DNA from: Narcine bancroftii
Lineage: Eukaryota
NCBI RefSeq assembly: GCF_036971445.1
Contig: NC_091473.1
Location: 248,930,001-248,994,000 of the forward strand
Length of the DNA stretch: 64,000 nucleotides
Reading direction: 5' to 3'
A program made the position numbers and the translations under genes. The notes beneath the pieces are model-generated. The model was not told where the DNA came from. It was given only the letters and a program-made list of their open reading frames with translations, and did not search any database. This document shows positions 1 to 12,194 of this stretch, one piece after another (the stretch's first letter is position 1; every line of letters starts with the position of its first letter).

Positions 1-107
1 AACTTCTAACTTGTATTTATGTAAATGTGATCTGTGGTCCTGGAGAAATGTTACCTCGTCTTTACCGTGTGAGCATGGTATGAACAATAAATAAAGGTGA
101 CGACTTG
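1..107 (+). mobile_element. 3' tail of a Rex1/Babar-type LINE (truncated by window edge)
   Basis: Ends in caataaataaaggtgacgacttga, resembling the reverse complement of the tail at ~32990-33050 and other Rex tails in the window. Confidence 0.45.
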
Positions 108-200
108 ATATTAATGCTGAAGCTCCCTGCTATGAATGCATAGCTGTCCATCTGTCCATATTAGTTGGCGAAAGGTTACCATTTAGAAAGAAAATGGGGA

Positions 201-390
201 TTATGTGACTGCAAAATTGCAGCCTCCAATGGAGAACTTATCTGTTATGTACTCTTGAATTTTTTTAGGCTGGTACACTTTCTCTTGTTTAGCCAGATGT
301 AGTTTACTATGTTGTAGAGGAGTGATCATCCCTTCACGAGAAAATGTAACAGGAGAACTCTCTTCTATTAAATACATCAATAAAGAAAAT
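201..390 (-). other. Candidate terminal coding exon (unidentified)
   Basis: Acceptor ctactttgcag at 392-391, then an open frame FSLLMYLIEESSPVTFSREG...FSIGGCNFAVT*; non-repetitive; protein not recognised. Confidence 0.2.
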
Positions 391-777
391 CTGCAAAGTA
401 GATTGACAGGCCTGCAGGACATAAGCAAAGATATCTGCTGCATTGAGTAAAACATCATTTCACATTCCACTTGTTACAGTACAGCATAAATATTTCATCT
501 TAGAAAAATATAAGTATTGAATACCATTAAAAGGTTAAAAAATGGAATATCTTCCTGTTTTCATTTATAAACACGCAGTAACAGTATTAATCTTGCCAGA
601 TCAATAATGCCATGCAGCGATAAATAACAAAAAGGTAAAATAATGAAGTTTTGGTTATACAATGCAGCCGTTACTCCATCAAGAGAAACATTTAATAACC
701 CAGACAGTGTTAATGGAACCAAACTAATAAATTATCCAGATGCTACAGGATACAGAGTGGAGAAGTCACAAAAGAGC

Positions 778-960
778 CAGCAGATACTGAAATCTGGAGC
801 AACAAATAATCTGCTGGAGGAACTCAGCAGATCAAGCAGCGTCATTTGGAGAAAAAGGCATTAGTATTTTGCTCAGAACCCTTCCCAGTCTTGAAGAAGG
901 GTTCCAACCCGACATGTTGACCATTCATTTTCTGCTGCTCCACTGCTGATCTCATCCAGC
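778..960. mobile_element. Penelope-derived palindromic mini-element (two inverted tails joined at hammerhead-like motif)
   Basis: Left arm ctgctggaggaactcagcag...gaacccttc and right arm gaagggttc...ctgctg are inverted; centre gtcTTGAAGAagggttccaacccGACAtgttgac. Confidence 0.65.
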
Positions 961-1034
961 CAGTGGTGTGCTGTGCCATAATATAGATGTCATCATCTAA
1001 CATTCGCAAGTAATCAAGAAGCCAAATGAAACTC

Positions 1035-1352
1035 AGAACCATAGAATACTACAGCTCAGAAACAGTGCCTTCGGCCCTTCTAGTCTGTGCTGAACTATTA
1101 TCCTACTAACATGCACCCAGACCATACCCCTCTTATCCACGTAACTGTCCAAATTTTCCTTGAACGTCAAAATTAAGCCTGTATTTACCAATTCAGCTGT
1201 TCCACATTCCCGCCACTCTCTATATGAAGAGGTTCTCCCTATGTTCCCTTTAAACTCTTAACCCATGTCCCCCAGTTTTTAATCTCTCCTATTCGCAGTG
1301 GAAAAAGCTTGTTTGCATTTACTCTCTCTATACCCATCATAATTTTGCATAC
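1035..1352 (-). mobile_element. CR1 LINE 3' fragment
   Basis: Reverse complement gives a CR1 ORF2 end followed by the gcacagactagaagggccgaagg...ctgtagtattctatggttct tail. Confidence 0.7.
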
Positions 1353-2276
1353 CTTTGTCTTGTTACATTTTACTATAAATGGATGGATGGAGAAACCTTG
1401 CTGCAATGTGTTCCGTGGAAAGTATGACAGTTTTTATTTCCCAGGAGCTATCGGCAGTGTCTTTTTTGCTCTTGCATTAATTTAAAGAAAGAGATGATTT
1501 TTTGGGGGGGAAACAGAATACTTCAAAGGGGGCTTGACAGGATGAGTTCTGAGAAGATGACTTACTCGGAAACTAGAACTGAAGAGTAGTTTCAGATAAA
1601 GGGATGATAAATATCTTCCACAATGGTGGTGAAAACTGACCTACTGGATGTATCCAAGGCAGGAAAAAGCCAAATATTTGCTCTATCATGGGTTGAAAGG
1701 TTAGGGAACAGGGGGAAAATGGTTGAGGCTATTATCTTCATTCCATTTCAGAGCAGGCTCAAGGAACTATCAAGGCTCCAGTTCTATTTCACAAATTCTG
1801 CTGATTTTCCTGACTGATTATTATACAGATTCCAGCAAGATTATAATAAGCACCTTGGTATCCCCTTCAGTTGAGAATAATATGGTAAAGGGAAAAATTA
1901 GAAAACATAAGGCATTAGTGCACCAATCATGCACCACAAAATCTCAAGCCATCATAAAATTCACTTATCTGGCATCTACCAATCTCCATAGGTGCCAGAG
2001 TTTAAAAGAACAGCATCATTTTGCCGAATTGCTCACAACATTATTAAGTAGAGATCAAAAAGCTAACCCTTGCTTCACTCCTGAATACGACAAAACTTCT
2101 GCCGTTATATAGCACTTTAAAGAGACCATTGTATTGTGTACAGTTTGCTTTCCTGATCATAAAATGAATGTACTTACCATGGAAAGGAGAAACACAAGAA
2201 ATAGAAGTTGGACTAGATCCTTGAGCACTTTAGGCCTGTCCTGCAATAGAGCAAGTGAAATGGACTGGTTCCAGGT

Positions 2277-2875
2277 TGTCATATGAAGACCCCAAAACCC
2301 AGCAGCAATAGAAATTCACCAAGACAAATGGTTACTTAAACAAAGGTTTCTTTACACTTCTTTTAACATTAAAACAGGATCAAACTTTAACTTATTACTA
2401 TTAACTAAACTCCCTTCTAATTCTAAGCACACATGTGTGTAAAAATTCAGAAAAGTTCTTGGATTCACAGTCCAATCTCACTTCTCACTCCTCCAAGTTC
2501 ACCGGTATCAGGCAATTCTTATACTGTGCACAGAATTTAACATTTATGAATCTTCACCAGGCCTTGGTGCTTGAAAGGTAAATGGTTACCGCTCATGAAA
2601 GTTCTTGTTGGTTTTCAGAGAGATTTGTTGCTCATTGGACACACACGCACACGCGCACCCACACAAAAATTGATAAATTCCAATCAATCAGGTCACCACA
2701 GAGTTCCTTTTAGTTTCCCTTATTTCAAGTGAAACATTATACAGCCAGCCGTCTCCTCTTGTATATATCACAAGGGGTTTGAACAGGCTGAACTAAAAAC
2801 TCAGCTCATCTTCAAAATTCAAAATCACAAGCTTGTCATGTTCAAGTCCAAGCTGCTGCTGCTGGACTGTAGAAC

Positions 2876-2915
<40 letters not shown>

Positions 2916-3252
2916 CTGAGAAAACCACATGACCCTCTTAGAACTGCAAATTGCATTCAGACCCAATCTTCTGAGTCCGTTCACCTGTTGCTTTCCAAAA
3001 CAATAATCCATTACTCCACAGCATCTCCAATTAACACCTACTTGTGAAGTCCTTCAGCAAAGCAGTTTCCATTGTCTTTACAAAGGCACTGGGAGCCTGG
3101 ACTGTCTGGTTTGAGCAGAGCTCTGGCATTTTAAATGAAATCTGTGTTGTGAAGTGTTTGTGTTTGCTTGTGACCTACACTTCAAAAAACCCCACAATTT
3201 ATCTCCTTTAAAACATATCTACATACAATATAAAATATAACAATCTGTCACA
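2277..3252 (-). mobile_element. Solo LTR, ~1 kb, family A copy 1
   Basis: Colinear with 25088-26095 along its whole length; tg...ca ends (tgtcat...tgtcaca); internal (CT)n; strand tentative. Confidence 0.75.
2881..2911. repeat. (CT)n microsatellite inside solo LTR
   Basis: tctctctc run. Confidence 0.95.
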
Positions 3253-3567
3253 AGAGATTGCATAGAATTGGCCTTTGTGCCCTTGAGTTCTCCGTGTTCC
3301 AACAATTTAATGGTTAACGTTGTCAATTCTGAACTTATTGTGTACTACTGAAAATTCTCGACTTGAATACTGAGCAGACTCGGTAAACAAATCCAAGCCA
3401 GGTTGACAACATTTTCATAATTTTTTTCCAAACATGAAGTTCAAAAGCAGAGAAAATATACACTGACTTGGATTCCAATATCGTGCAATCCTTGACAGAA
3501 GCAATCGTTTATGGAAGTGAGGGAGTTAAATGGCTTCCAACTCACTATCTAGAGAATGTGCAACTCC

Positions 3568-3599
3568 ATAAATCTTCGTCCGCGAAGCCAAGCCAAAGA
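3568..3599 (+). mobile_element. RTE/BovB-like LINE, extreme 3' remnant (~32 bp)
   Basis: ataaatcttcgtccgcgaagccaagccaaaga matches the tails at ~46786-46816 and ~47751-47783; flanked by aactcc (3562-3567, 3600-3605); sits in a SINE fragment. Confidence 0.8.
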
Positions 3600-4746
3600 A
3601 ACTCCTTACAGACAGCGCCTCATCTGCTGCCTAACCTTTTAGAAATTAAGTCTAATCTTTGATTACTGACTCTCCTGCCAGTAGAAATAATTTCTACCCC
3701 TTTTATACAATTCCCTCACAATTTTTGAAAGCTGCTCTGAATATCCTTCAACTTGTCTTGCACTAAGAAGGAGAATGCAAGCAATCTACGTTATCAATGC
3801 TAACAATGTTTCTTTTAATTTAATTTGCTAGAATATTTCTTTTCAAGTGCCTATTCAGCTGTGGCAAGTAAGAACTTTGGTCCATGTGGACATTGTATAA
3901 TGCATTTTAAAAAACCTCTGACATCATCATTAACGTCATTACCCACCATACCATTATGGCGATCAATACCTTTTCCAAGGCATTGACAGCTTATCCCTGG
4001 ACAGAGCTGACACCATGTAATTTACATTCCTTCACGACACACAATTTCATCTAACTAGCTGCATTAGAGAGAATATTGTATGGAAGACCTCTTATGTTTG
4101 CTTCAGATTCAATAGAAAGGACTGAAATGCAGAGTGAAAAGGGAATCCTGTACACAAGAGCAGCAAATGGGTGTGATAATGCAGATTGAATTGGCTTTAA
4201 TCAACCCCAAATTTGTTCCTTCCCACCCTCTTCCTTTTATCATGTCAATAGTGAATTAATGGCTATGAATAATTGATTATATGTTGTGTTGCACCACAAA
4301 AGCCTGATGCTTTTTTTAGGAGGAGGTGTTTGGATCGGTTCTGCAGCTTACTTTCGGAGGAAGTAACTGGCATGTATCTTGAATTAAATTACTTCTGGGT
4401 GTGAGAAGGACTTCACATTCTCTCTTCAGGCAGACACTCTAATTTGTCTCTCTAATCTCCACAACTCTGCTCTGGGAAGGTTGCTGTTTAGACAATTAAG
4501 CAACATCCTGGCCATCCTTTTAGGAAGCAAACTCCAATAGACGTCATTTTAATGCGGTAGCATGAAGCTTTTTGACAATGTATAGTCTGAAAAAGAAAAA
4601 TTGTAATTATAGGCTTACAAGTAGGAAGATTCCTCATTTATAGTTTTGCAATTTTGCAGCATCACCAATGTTTTAAGGCCAGCACATTAACTTCAATCAC
4701 TAATTAGAGAATGATACCCAAGATAAATGATAAGGACACATTGCAT

Positions 4747-5298
4747 CAGTGGTTTCCAGACTTTTTCTTTCCACTCACATATCCCTCTAAATAATCTGTG
4801 CTCTGTGATTAGTAAGGGATTACTTGAGGTGGTGTGGCAGTGGAAAGGAAAAGGTTGAGAACCACTGTTTAATCGTACCTAATTGACGTGGTTTCATAAC
4901 TCCAAAGGTTATGGACCAATGATGTCTAGAGCAGTGGTTCTCAACCTTCCCACTCTCATACCACCTTAAGCAATCCCATACCAGTCAGAGCACTTACGGC
5001 CTAGGGATTGCTTAAGGTGGAATGTGATCTGGTGGGCAGTTTGAAAACCACTGCTCCAGACCCAATTGCTACTGAAAATATTTTGCTTGAGAAAAATTGT
5101 GGTTGGCCCATTTCCTTTGGAGTTATGAAACTGTACACATAACAAGTCTCTTAGGTTTTATTAAGACAACGGTTTTCAAACATTTTCTTTCCACTCACAT
5201 ACCACTTTAAGCAATTCCTTACTCATCACAGAGCACCAATGGCATAGGGATTGCTTAAGGTGGAATGTGAGTGGAAAGAAACAGTTTGAAAATCTCGG
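4747..5298. mobile_element. hAT (Charlie/Buster-like) composite MITE, three palindromic units
   Basis: Three cagtggtt...aaccactg units; degenerate 8-bp TSD cattgcat/cagtacat. Confidence 0.8.
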
Positions 5299-5975
5299 CA
5301 GTACATGAATTTTCTTGCATTCCTTGATTAAGGAAGGTTAAAGCGTTATTTAATTTAGATGCAAATGTAATTTGGGTGATGAAGGATTTGAGATGATACA
5401 GGGAGTGAAGTTATTTCCTCTGGTAGGAGAGAGCAAGACAAAAGAATACATGCTAAAAATGAGAACCTCGCCCTTGAGGAATGATCTCAGAAAATATTGC
5501 ACAAAAAGACAAGGAGCTAAGATAAGCTAAAGCAGTGGTTCCCAACCTTATTTCACCAACAGACCATCATAAGTATTCCTTTTCGTTGCTGAGAACCATC
5601 TATAACAAATTCCAGGACAACCAATGGGAAGAGTGAGGATCTCCAGTTGTCTTACCACCAAATTAACAATCTTATTGAATCAGTCATCCACGTCCTTTGG
5701 GATGAAGATTCACAAATTTGACATCACACCCCACCTGAGGGGTGTATCACTTACTGGTATTGCAAAAAAGAATTGTACACGACGCATGTAAACAAATATA
5801 AATATGTCAACAAACTGAACTGCGCAATACAGAGTCAGTAAAGAACAGATATTTGAGTGCACAGGTCTTTCAAATATACAGACAATAATTAGAAAGAATA
5901 GTGACCCCACTGGGGATGTGGAATAAGCATTTGGAGCCAAATGCATACTTAAAGTGACAGTTCATGCTAACTATC

Positions 5976-8186
5976 TGTTGTGAGTGAGGAAACAGGTTTG
6001 ATAGGTTTAAAAGGCAAGATTGTAAACACTACTTTCGTAGTGAAGGATTTTATTTACAGAAGGCAAGTGTGGGAAAATGGTAACTGATGCAGCACACACA
6101 CACACAGTTTACCGCAGCCGTGGGAAAGAAATGGCGGACAATTAATAACAAGTGTGGGAACTAAATACACACACACATACAATGATCAAGGAAAATTCAC
6201 TGCAATCCCCTTCCACATTTCTAGGCCTGGAGTGAAGCAGGGTAGTCCCAAGCTGGCAAAGAGAGAAAGAACAAAGAGCACGTGGCACCTTTATAGTGCT
6301 GGAGGGACAAGCCCGGATATTTATAGGGAGCCAATGGCTCGGTGCCAGAAGGGTTAATCCAATTATAACAGCCAATGGCCCAAGGCCAACTACAGGCAGG
6401 CTGGAGAGTGCAGTCCAGGTAATTTATATGGACCAACAGCAAAATGTGCGCTAATGGGTGAGGTGGAACCAAACCTTGATTGGCAGCTGGTGTGACCTCC
6501 GACTAGTTAGGGGACAGTGCCATCACATGGCAGACACAACCCTTCCCAATACAATCCACCCCTCGAAGGTCACACCACTCTCCAATCATGAGACAATTCT
6601 ATAAGTAAAAACAAAAACACGTTACTATTCAACTGGGCCAATTATATACACTAGTGCCTTCCAAATGCTGGACAAGAAACATAGTCAAATTCAATGACAA
6701 CACCTCACCTCACCAGCCCCCTCACCTCTGACCAAACAGGGTTGTTTTGTTACCGATGGGAGCTGCTCCCCAGAGTCAGAGGGGAGGGTAGAAAAAGGAA
6801 TTTGTTTGATCACTGACTCGTAGGCCTGGTTTCTCTGGCTTAGCTGGCAAATGTGAGCACCCTTACCACCAACGTCTGCGAGCAGGCAGTGTAAGGTCAG
6901 CCATCAGGTGCCAGAACCATCTCTTGGCTTGTGCATCCCGCGCCTTGGCCTCACGCTTGGGCGCTCCCTATGCACAGAGCCCAGATGCCTGTCACTGTGC
7001 TATCCCGTGGTGAGGCAGGGGGCAGGCTGTCAGGCATACATCCAGCGTGTACCTGGGGCGCCCGCTTTTCTGAGCTGATGTTTGACATCAAGATGTCATT
7101 CCCACTAGCATTCTCTTTCAAGGGGTAACCCCTGTACCTGTGATGGATCTCTATAATGATAGCCAGGAGGAGTCAAGTTGGAAAGTTAGCCAATTTGGTG
7201 TTTCTAAATAAAGGCTTCCACAGTCCCACCTCGACTCCTTAAGGAGGGCTACCACGGGGGGTGCCCGATTCACTCACCACAGGGGTCCAGCTACTCAGAC
7301 CTGTACACGGGCTTACAGAAGTCTGCTTGCATGCTGGCCAGACTCTTGAATCCTTCTTTGTCATTGGTCCACCTGGGAATCCTATCCTCAGTGTCTTCAC
7401 TGGCTTTTTTGCCCCTGTTTCAGAACATTTCCCCACACCTGTATCCAGTCAAGGTCCCTGACACCCTGCTTGCAGCGCCAATTATTGTGAGTGAGGAAAC
7501 TGGTTTGGTAGGTCTCAAAGAACAATGATTTGATAGGGAAGTATTTTATTTACAGAAGGCAAGGGTGGGAAATGGTAACTGATACAGCACACACGCGCAC
7601 ACACACACACACACAGTTTACAGCAGCCATGGGAAAGAAATAACGGACAATTAATAACAAATGTGGGGAAAATAGCGAGGGAACAAAAAACACACACATT
7701 CTGAACTGGTCCATACAATGATCAAGGAAAAATCACTACGGTGTCCCACCACCCCCTTGACTCAGTGCAGGCACAGCTCAAAGCTACCAGGGACACTAAT
7801 TAAACACCCCCAACCCTTTTAATGGTGCACATCTTACCAATAGTTTCTCCAGCACCCTTCCACATTTCTAGGCCTGGAGTGAAGCAGGGTGGTCCCAAGC
7901 TGGCAAAAAGAGTACATAGCCCCTTTATAGTGCTGGGGGGACAAGCCCAGATAATTTCCAGGCCACCAAGGCTTGGTGCCAGGAGGGTTAATTCAATTAC
8001 AACAGCCAATGGCCGAAGGCCAAGTACAGGCAGGCTGGAGAGTGCAGTCCAGTCATTTACATGGATCAACAGCAAGGTGTGCACTAATGGGTGGGGTGGA
8101 ACCAAATGTTGATTGGCAGCTGGTATGACCTCATACTAGATAGGGGGTAGTGCTGTCACATGACAGTCACAACCCTTCCCAATACA
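5976..8186 (-). mobile_element. Non-autonomous LTR retroelement (two LTRs, ~930 bp internal region)
   Basis: LTRs 5976-6553 and 7483-8186 (tgttgtg/tattgtg...ccaataca); TSD ctatc/ctata; minus-strand PBS TGGCGCTGCAAGCAGGG at ~7464-7480; purine tract gaggggtggat next to 6553. Confidence 0.85.
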
Positions 8187-8218
8187 CTATAAAGCATGAA
8201 TTTACATTAAATCCAATT

Positions 8219-8390
8219 CATTAAAACCCCTGGTATCCAGCACCTATGGCGGATGGTAGATGGTGGAGAAGTGAATTTTCTGGTTGCTTGAGATTTGGTG
8301 TTACCTATTTATTTTGGCCAATTTTTTTTATTTGACTGTAGCTTTAGGCTGCATGTTGCTTAAATTCAGGATAACAGGGGTTTTACTGTA
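8219..8390. mobile_element. Tc1/mariner (Tigger-like) MITE remnant
   Basis: Inverted ends taaaacccctggtatcc / ggataacaggggttttactgta ending in TA. Confidence 0.55.
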
Positions 8391-8424
8391 TGTTGTACAC
8401 ATTCCCAAAATCTCTCCCCAAATT

Positions 8425-8620
8425 CAACTAATCATCTGCAGTTGTGTTTAATTAACTATGAACCCTCCCATCCCTGGGATGTTAGAGGAAACAGAGGGGC
8501 CTGGAGAAATCCCATATGGTAACAGGGAGAAATTCCACACAAACAGCGCCAAATGTCAGGATTGAATCCCGCTCACTGGAGCTGTGAGACAGCAACTCCA
8601 CTAGTTATGCCACTGTTTCC
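8425..8620 (-). mobile_element. tRNA-derived SINE, degenerate
   Basis: Reverse complement has an A/B-box-like head (gggattcaatcc) and the core shared with other SINE copies. Confidence 0.6.
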
Positions 8621-8629
8621 CCTAGACCA

Positions 8630-9080
8630 CAGTGTTCATTTTGGGCAAATCAATTTCACCAAAGATATATTCAGTCTCAGAGGGTGAATGATACATCACC
8701 AGAAAGATACAAGTACTTAAAGGCTTGAGGTGTCAGGATGGGTGCATCAATCTGGTTTGTAATCCCTTAAGATGATTAAATAGAAGATTTTCAACCAAGA
8801 GAGATAAAAGAAATGACCTCTGATGGGAAATCTGAAACAAATGGACAGAAATTTAATTGGAACCAGAGTGTTTGCAAGGAAACACATTTTTAGGCAGAGT
8901 AATGAATATCTTGCCTTCCAACTGCAAAATCCTTTGGATGCTGGAGTCAGTTGAAATTTTCAAAAAGGATATTAAGTGCTTGAGGCATCTAAAGAAATGG
9001 AATATTGCGAGGTGAACCTAGTTATGAAACAGATCACCTATGATCTAACTGAAGGCTGCAAGTAGTTGTCCTATTCATGT
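8630..9080 (+). mobile_element. Old CR1 LINE fragment
   Basis: Degenerate CR1 ORF2 3' motifs and tail cagatcacctatgatctaactgaa. Confidence 0.45.
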
Positions 9081-9099
9081 GAATATGAAGTGACAAAGA

Positions 9100-9802
9100 A
9101 AATGGCGGCAATGCTGATGGTGTGAACCCAGGAGAGCAGAGAACGGTCCAACCACCCGGTACTAATACCAGCCACCCCATACAGGCATTAAACAGCCCGT
9201 TAGAGGAGTCTATTTTGAACTAAAATCCTGTGCCTACAATGGCCGCGCCTCTACTTAGCAGCAGCCACGAAGTGTTGCAGACTCCAGGGAATAGTGGACT
9301 GGCACAGGGCACCAGAAAAGCGGGGGAGCACTCCCCCGTTAAGGCAGACGAGGTGACCCGACAGAATGATGACCACGGCAGCGGACCAGTGAGTGGCTCA
9401 GCTGTTGAGGGACCCACACGGCTGCGGGCGACTTGCATTCGAGGGGATCCACATGGGCTGTGGGCTGTTGGAGACTGGCTCTTGGGAACCATCTATTGGA
9501 GCCAGGATTCGACAGGGTGCTGAGAGCAAGATGGGTCCCCGAAAGGCCTCGGGCTCTGAAGGCTTCCTGATTGTATCTGTGGTTTGGATCTTGAGCTCGG
9601 GTTATTGATGTATGAACAGGAGTTTGTGCAGCTGCTGAGGCTGAGGAAAGGCTGGAGGTGAATTCACAGACACTCATTGTCCCCGAAGGGACTTTCTTTT
9701 GCTTCTCTTTCTCTCGTACTGTAAGGGACGTTAATGGCAGAAGGCAATTTTCTGTAATATTACATGTCCTCCACTATTACATGGCAATAAAGGAATCTTG
9801 AA
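9100..9802 (+). mobile_element. Non-autonomous LINE-tailed element, family B copy 1
   Basis: GC-rich body homologous to 16940-17645; ends caataaaggaatcttga like Rex-type tails; no RT coding seen. Confidence 0.6.
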
Positions 9803-10188
9803 GTACACGATATTTGGACTACAACAAAACACGTTGGTTAATAACTGGGCACAGATCCCTTCAAGACATCAGTGAAGTAATCTTTCTGAGGAGATTTTAA
9901 AATTGAAAGAAATGATCACACAAGGCACTGAAATGATAAACAATTGATTTTCTTTTAGTCGAACATTCACACCATTTAAGAGTGGCAGCAAAATCCATGA
10001 GCCTTCAGAATTGCCAATGGATGGAAAGGTTGTGAAGAAAATCCCCTGTAAGATTGGCAATTGAGACACAAGAGACAGAAGGTACTGGAATCTGGAACAT
10101 TAAACAATCTTCTGGAGGAACTCAGGGGGTCAGGCACAACCAGTGGTGGGGTGTGGTTTCTGGACATATTGTTTTGGGTCATCAACAC

Positions 10189-10430
10189 TGGCACGGTTGG
10201 TATAGCAGTTAGCTCCAACATTTCACAGCGCCATCAATCGAGAGACCAGGGTTTGAATCCCGTGCTGTCTGTCAGGAGTTGGTACGTTCTCCCCGTGTCT
10301 GCGTGGGTTTTCCCCAGAGCTCTGGTTTCCTCTCACTGTTCGAAACATACCAGGGGTGTAGGTTAATTGGGTGTAACTGGACGGCACAGACTCATGGGCT
10401 GAAATGACCTGATACCTTGCTGAATATTTT
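10189..10430 (+). mobile_element. tRNA-derived SINE with CR1-type tail
   Basis: ggcacggttggtatagcagttag...gggtttgaatccc (B-box), core gttctccccgtgtctgcgtgggttt, tail ggcacagactcatgggctgaaatg. Confidence 0.85.
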
Positions 10431-10514
10431 TAAAACTTGTTTGGAGTTACTGAGACAATGATGTGGTGGAAAATGTCATCCTTTGGAGGGAATTTAAAGC
10501 ATTTTGGCTTAGGT

Positions 10515-10890
10515 CAGTGGTTCTCAACATTTTTCTTTCCAGTCACATACCAGCTTAAGCAATCCCTTGGCCACAAGTGCTGAGTTATTGGTAAGGGATT
10601 GCTTAAGGTGATATGTGAATGGGAAGGGGAGGTTGAGAACCATTACTGTAGACACAATTGTTACTGAAATATTTTGCTTGAGAAAAATGGTCATTGGCAC
10701 TTTTATGTTGGAGTTATGAAACTGTGCACATCACGAGTCAATGAGGTACAATTAAAACAGTGGTTTTCAAACTTTTTCCTTTCCATTCACATACCACCTC
10801 AAGCAATCCTTCACTAATCACAGAGCACCTATGGTGCAGGGATTACTTAAAGAGGTATGTGAGTGGAAAGAAAAAGGTTGAGAACCACTG
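10515..10890. mobile_element. hAT MITE (two palindromic units plus spacer)
   Basis: TIR cagtggttctcaac/gttgagaaccactg; perfect 8-bp TSD gcttaggt (10507-10514, 10891-10898). Confidence 0.92.
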
Positions 10891-10952
10891 GCTTAGGTGG
10901 AAGCAAAGAAGGAACAAGAAGCAGAAGATTTATGGGCTAGCTAAATACCATT

Positions 10953-11110
10953 TGCTGGATTAACTCAGCAGGATCAAGCATCATGACTGGAGAAAGAAAA
11001 TGACTGACATTATGAGCCAAAACTCTTTCGTCTCGATAAAGGGTATTGGCTCAAATATCGACCATTCTTTTCCACCCATTGATGCTGCTCGACCTGCCGA
11101 GTTCCCTGCA
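10953..11110. mobile_element. Penelope-derived palindromic mini-element, degenerate
   Basis: tgctgg...actcagcaggatcaagca inverted to tgctgctcgacctgccgagttccctgca; centre gagccaaaactcttt...aaagggtattggctc. Confidence 0.55.
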
Positions 11111-11221
11111 CTCTGCCAAACAGCCGCCATATTTGCAGTCAATCTATTTCATTTTGAAATTTTTGCCATTTGTGACTGTGTGATTTATTCTCCCCGTTTA
11201 GTAAAGGCTTCTGCAGAGTCT

Positions 11222-12194
11222 CAGAGTTCAAATTTATTGTCAGAATACGTGCATGACATCACATAGAACCCTGAAATTCATTTTTTCTGCACGCGAGGCA
11301 GAATTTCTCATTAACCAGTAACTATTTGCGTTACTCAAGAGGAAAGAAATGCATATAAAAGAAAGAAATTCAAACAAAAGAAAGAAATGTAAACAGAAAA
11401 TAAATATTCAGTAATAAATAATGAACAAAGTAAGTGTCCTTAAATGAGTCCCTGCTTCAGTTTGTTGTTGAGGAGTCTGATGGTGGAGGGGGAGCAGCTG
11501 TCCCTCATCCTGGTGGTGTTGAGTCTCGTGATGGCAGCAGCGAGAACGGAGCGTGTGTTGGGTGTTCTGGAGCCTTGATGATTGCTGCTGTTCTCCGACG
11601 GCAGTGTTCCCCGTAGACGTTCTTGATGATGCAGATGGTTTTGCTTGGGCTGTGTCCACTACCTTTTGGAGGGCCTTACACTCTGAGGATTTAGTGCCCC
11701 ATACAGATCAGTCGCGACACATCTGCGGAAGTTCGCCAAGGTTTTCAATGACGTACCAAATCTCTACAAACTCCTGAGAAAGTAGCTGATATGCTTTCTT
11801 TACAATGGCATTAGTATGCTGGGTCCAGGAAAGCCCTCTGAGATAGTGACTCCCAGGAATTTAAATGTGCTCACCCTCTCCACCTCTTCTTGCCCCCAGT
11901 GATCACTGGATCATACACCTCTGGTTTTCCCTTCCTGAAGTCAACAATCAGCTCCTTGGTCTTTGTGACACTGAGTGTGAGGCTGTTGTTGGTGCACCAT
12001 TCAGCCAAGTTTCAGTCTCCCTCCTATATGTTGACTCATCATCTCCAACAAAGGTGGTATCTTTAGCAAATTTGTATCTGGTGTTGATGTTGTACAGAGC
12101 CACAGTCATATGTGTAGAGGAAGGAGAGCAGGGGAGGGTTAAATATGCAGCCCTCTGCTGCTCCAGTGCTCATGGAGATTGCGGAGGAGATGAT
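11222..12194 (-). mobile_element. Rex1/Babar LINE fragment
   Basis: Minus strand encodes a decayed RT end and C-terminal domain (LQKVVDTAQ...) plus a tail ending gacaataaatttgaa. Confidence 0.85.

Noticed and set aside
2165-2250. Minus-strand exon ending at a gtaagt donor near 2178
   Set aside because: The would-be exon is a decayed CR1 tail fragment
10189-10270. tRNA gene (A/B-box-like sequence; also at 18085, 26863, 35638 and others)
   Set aside because: No complete cloverleaf; each continues into the SINE core and CR1-type tail
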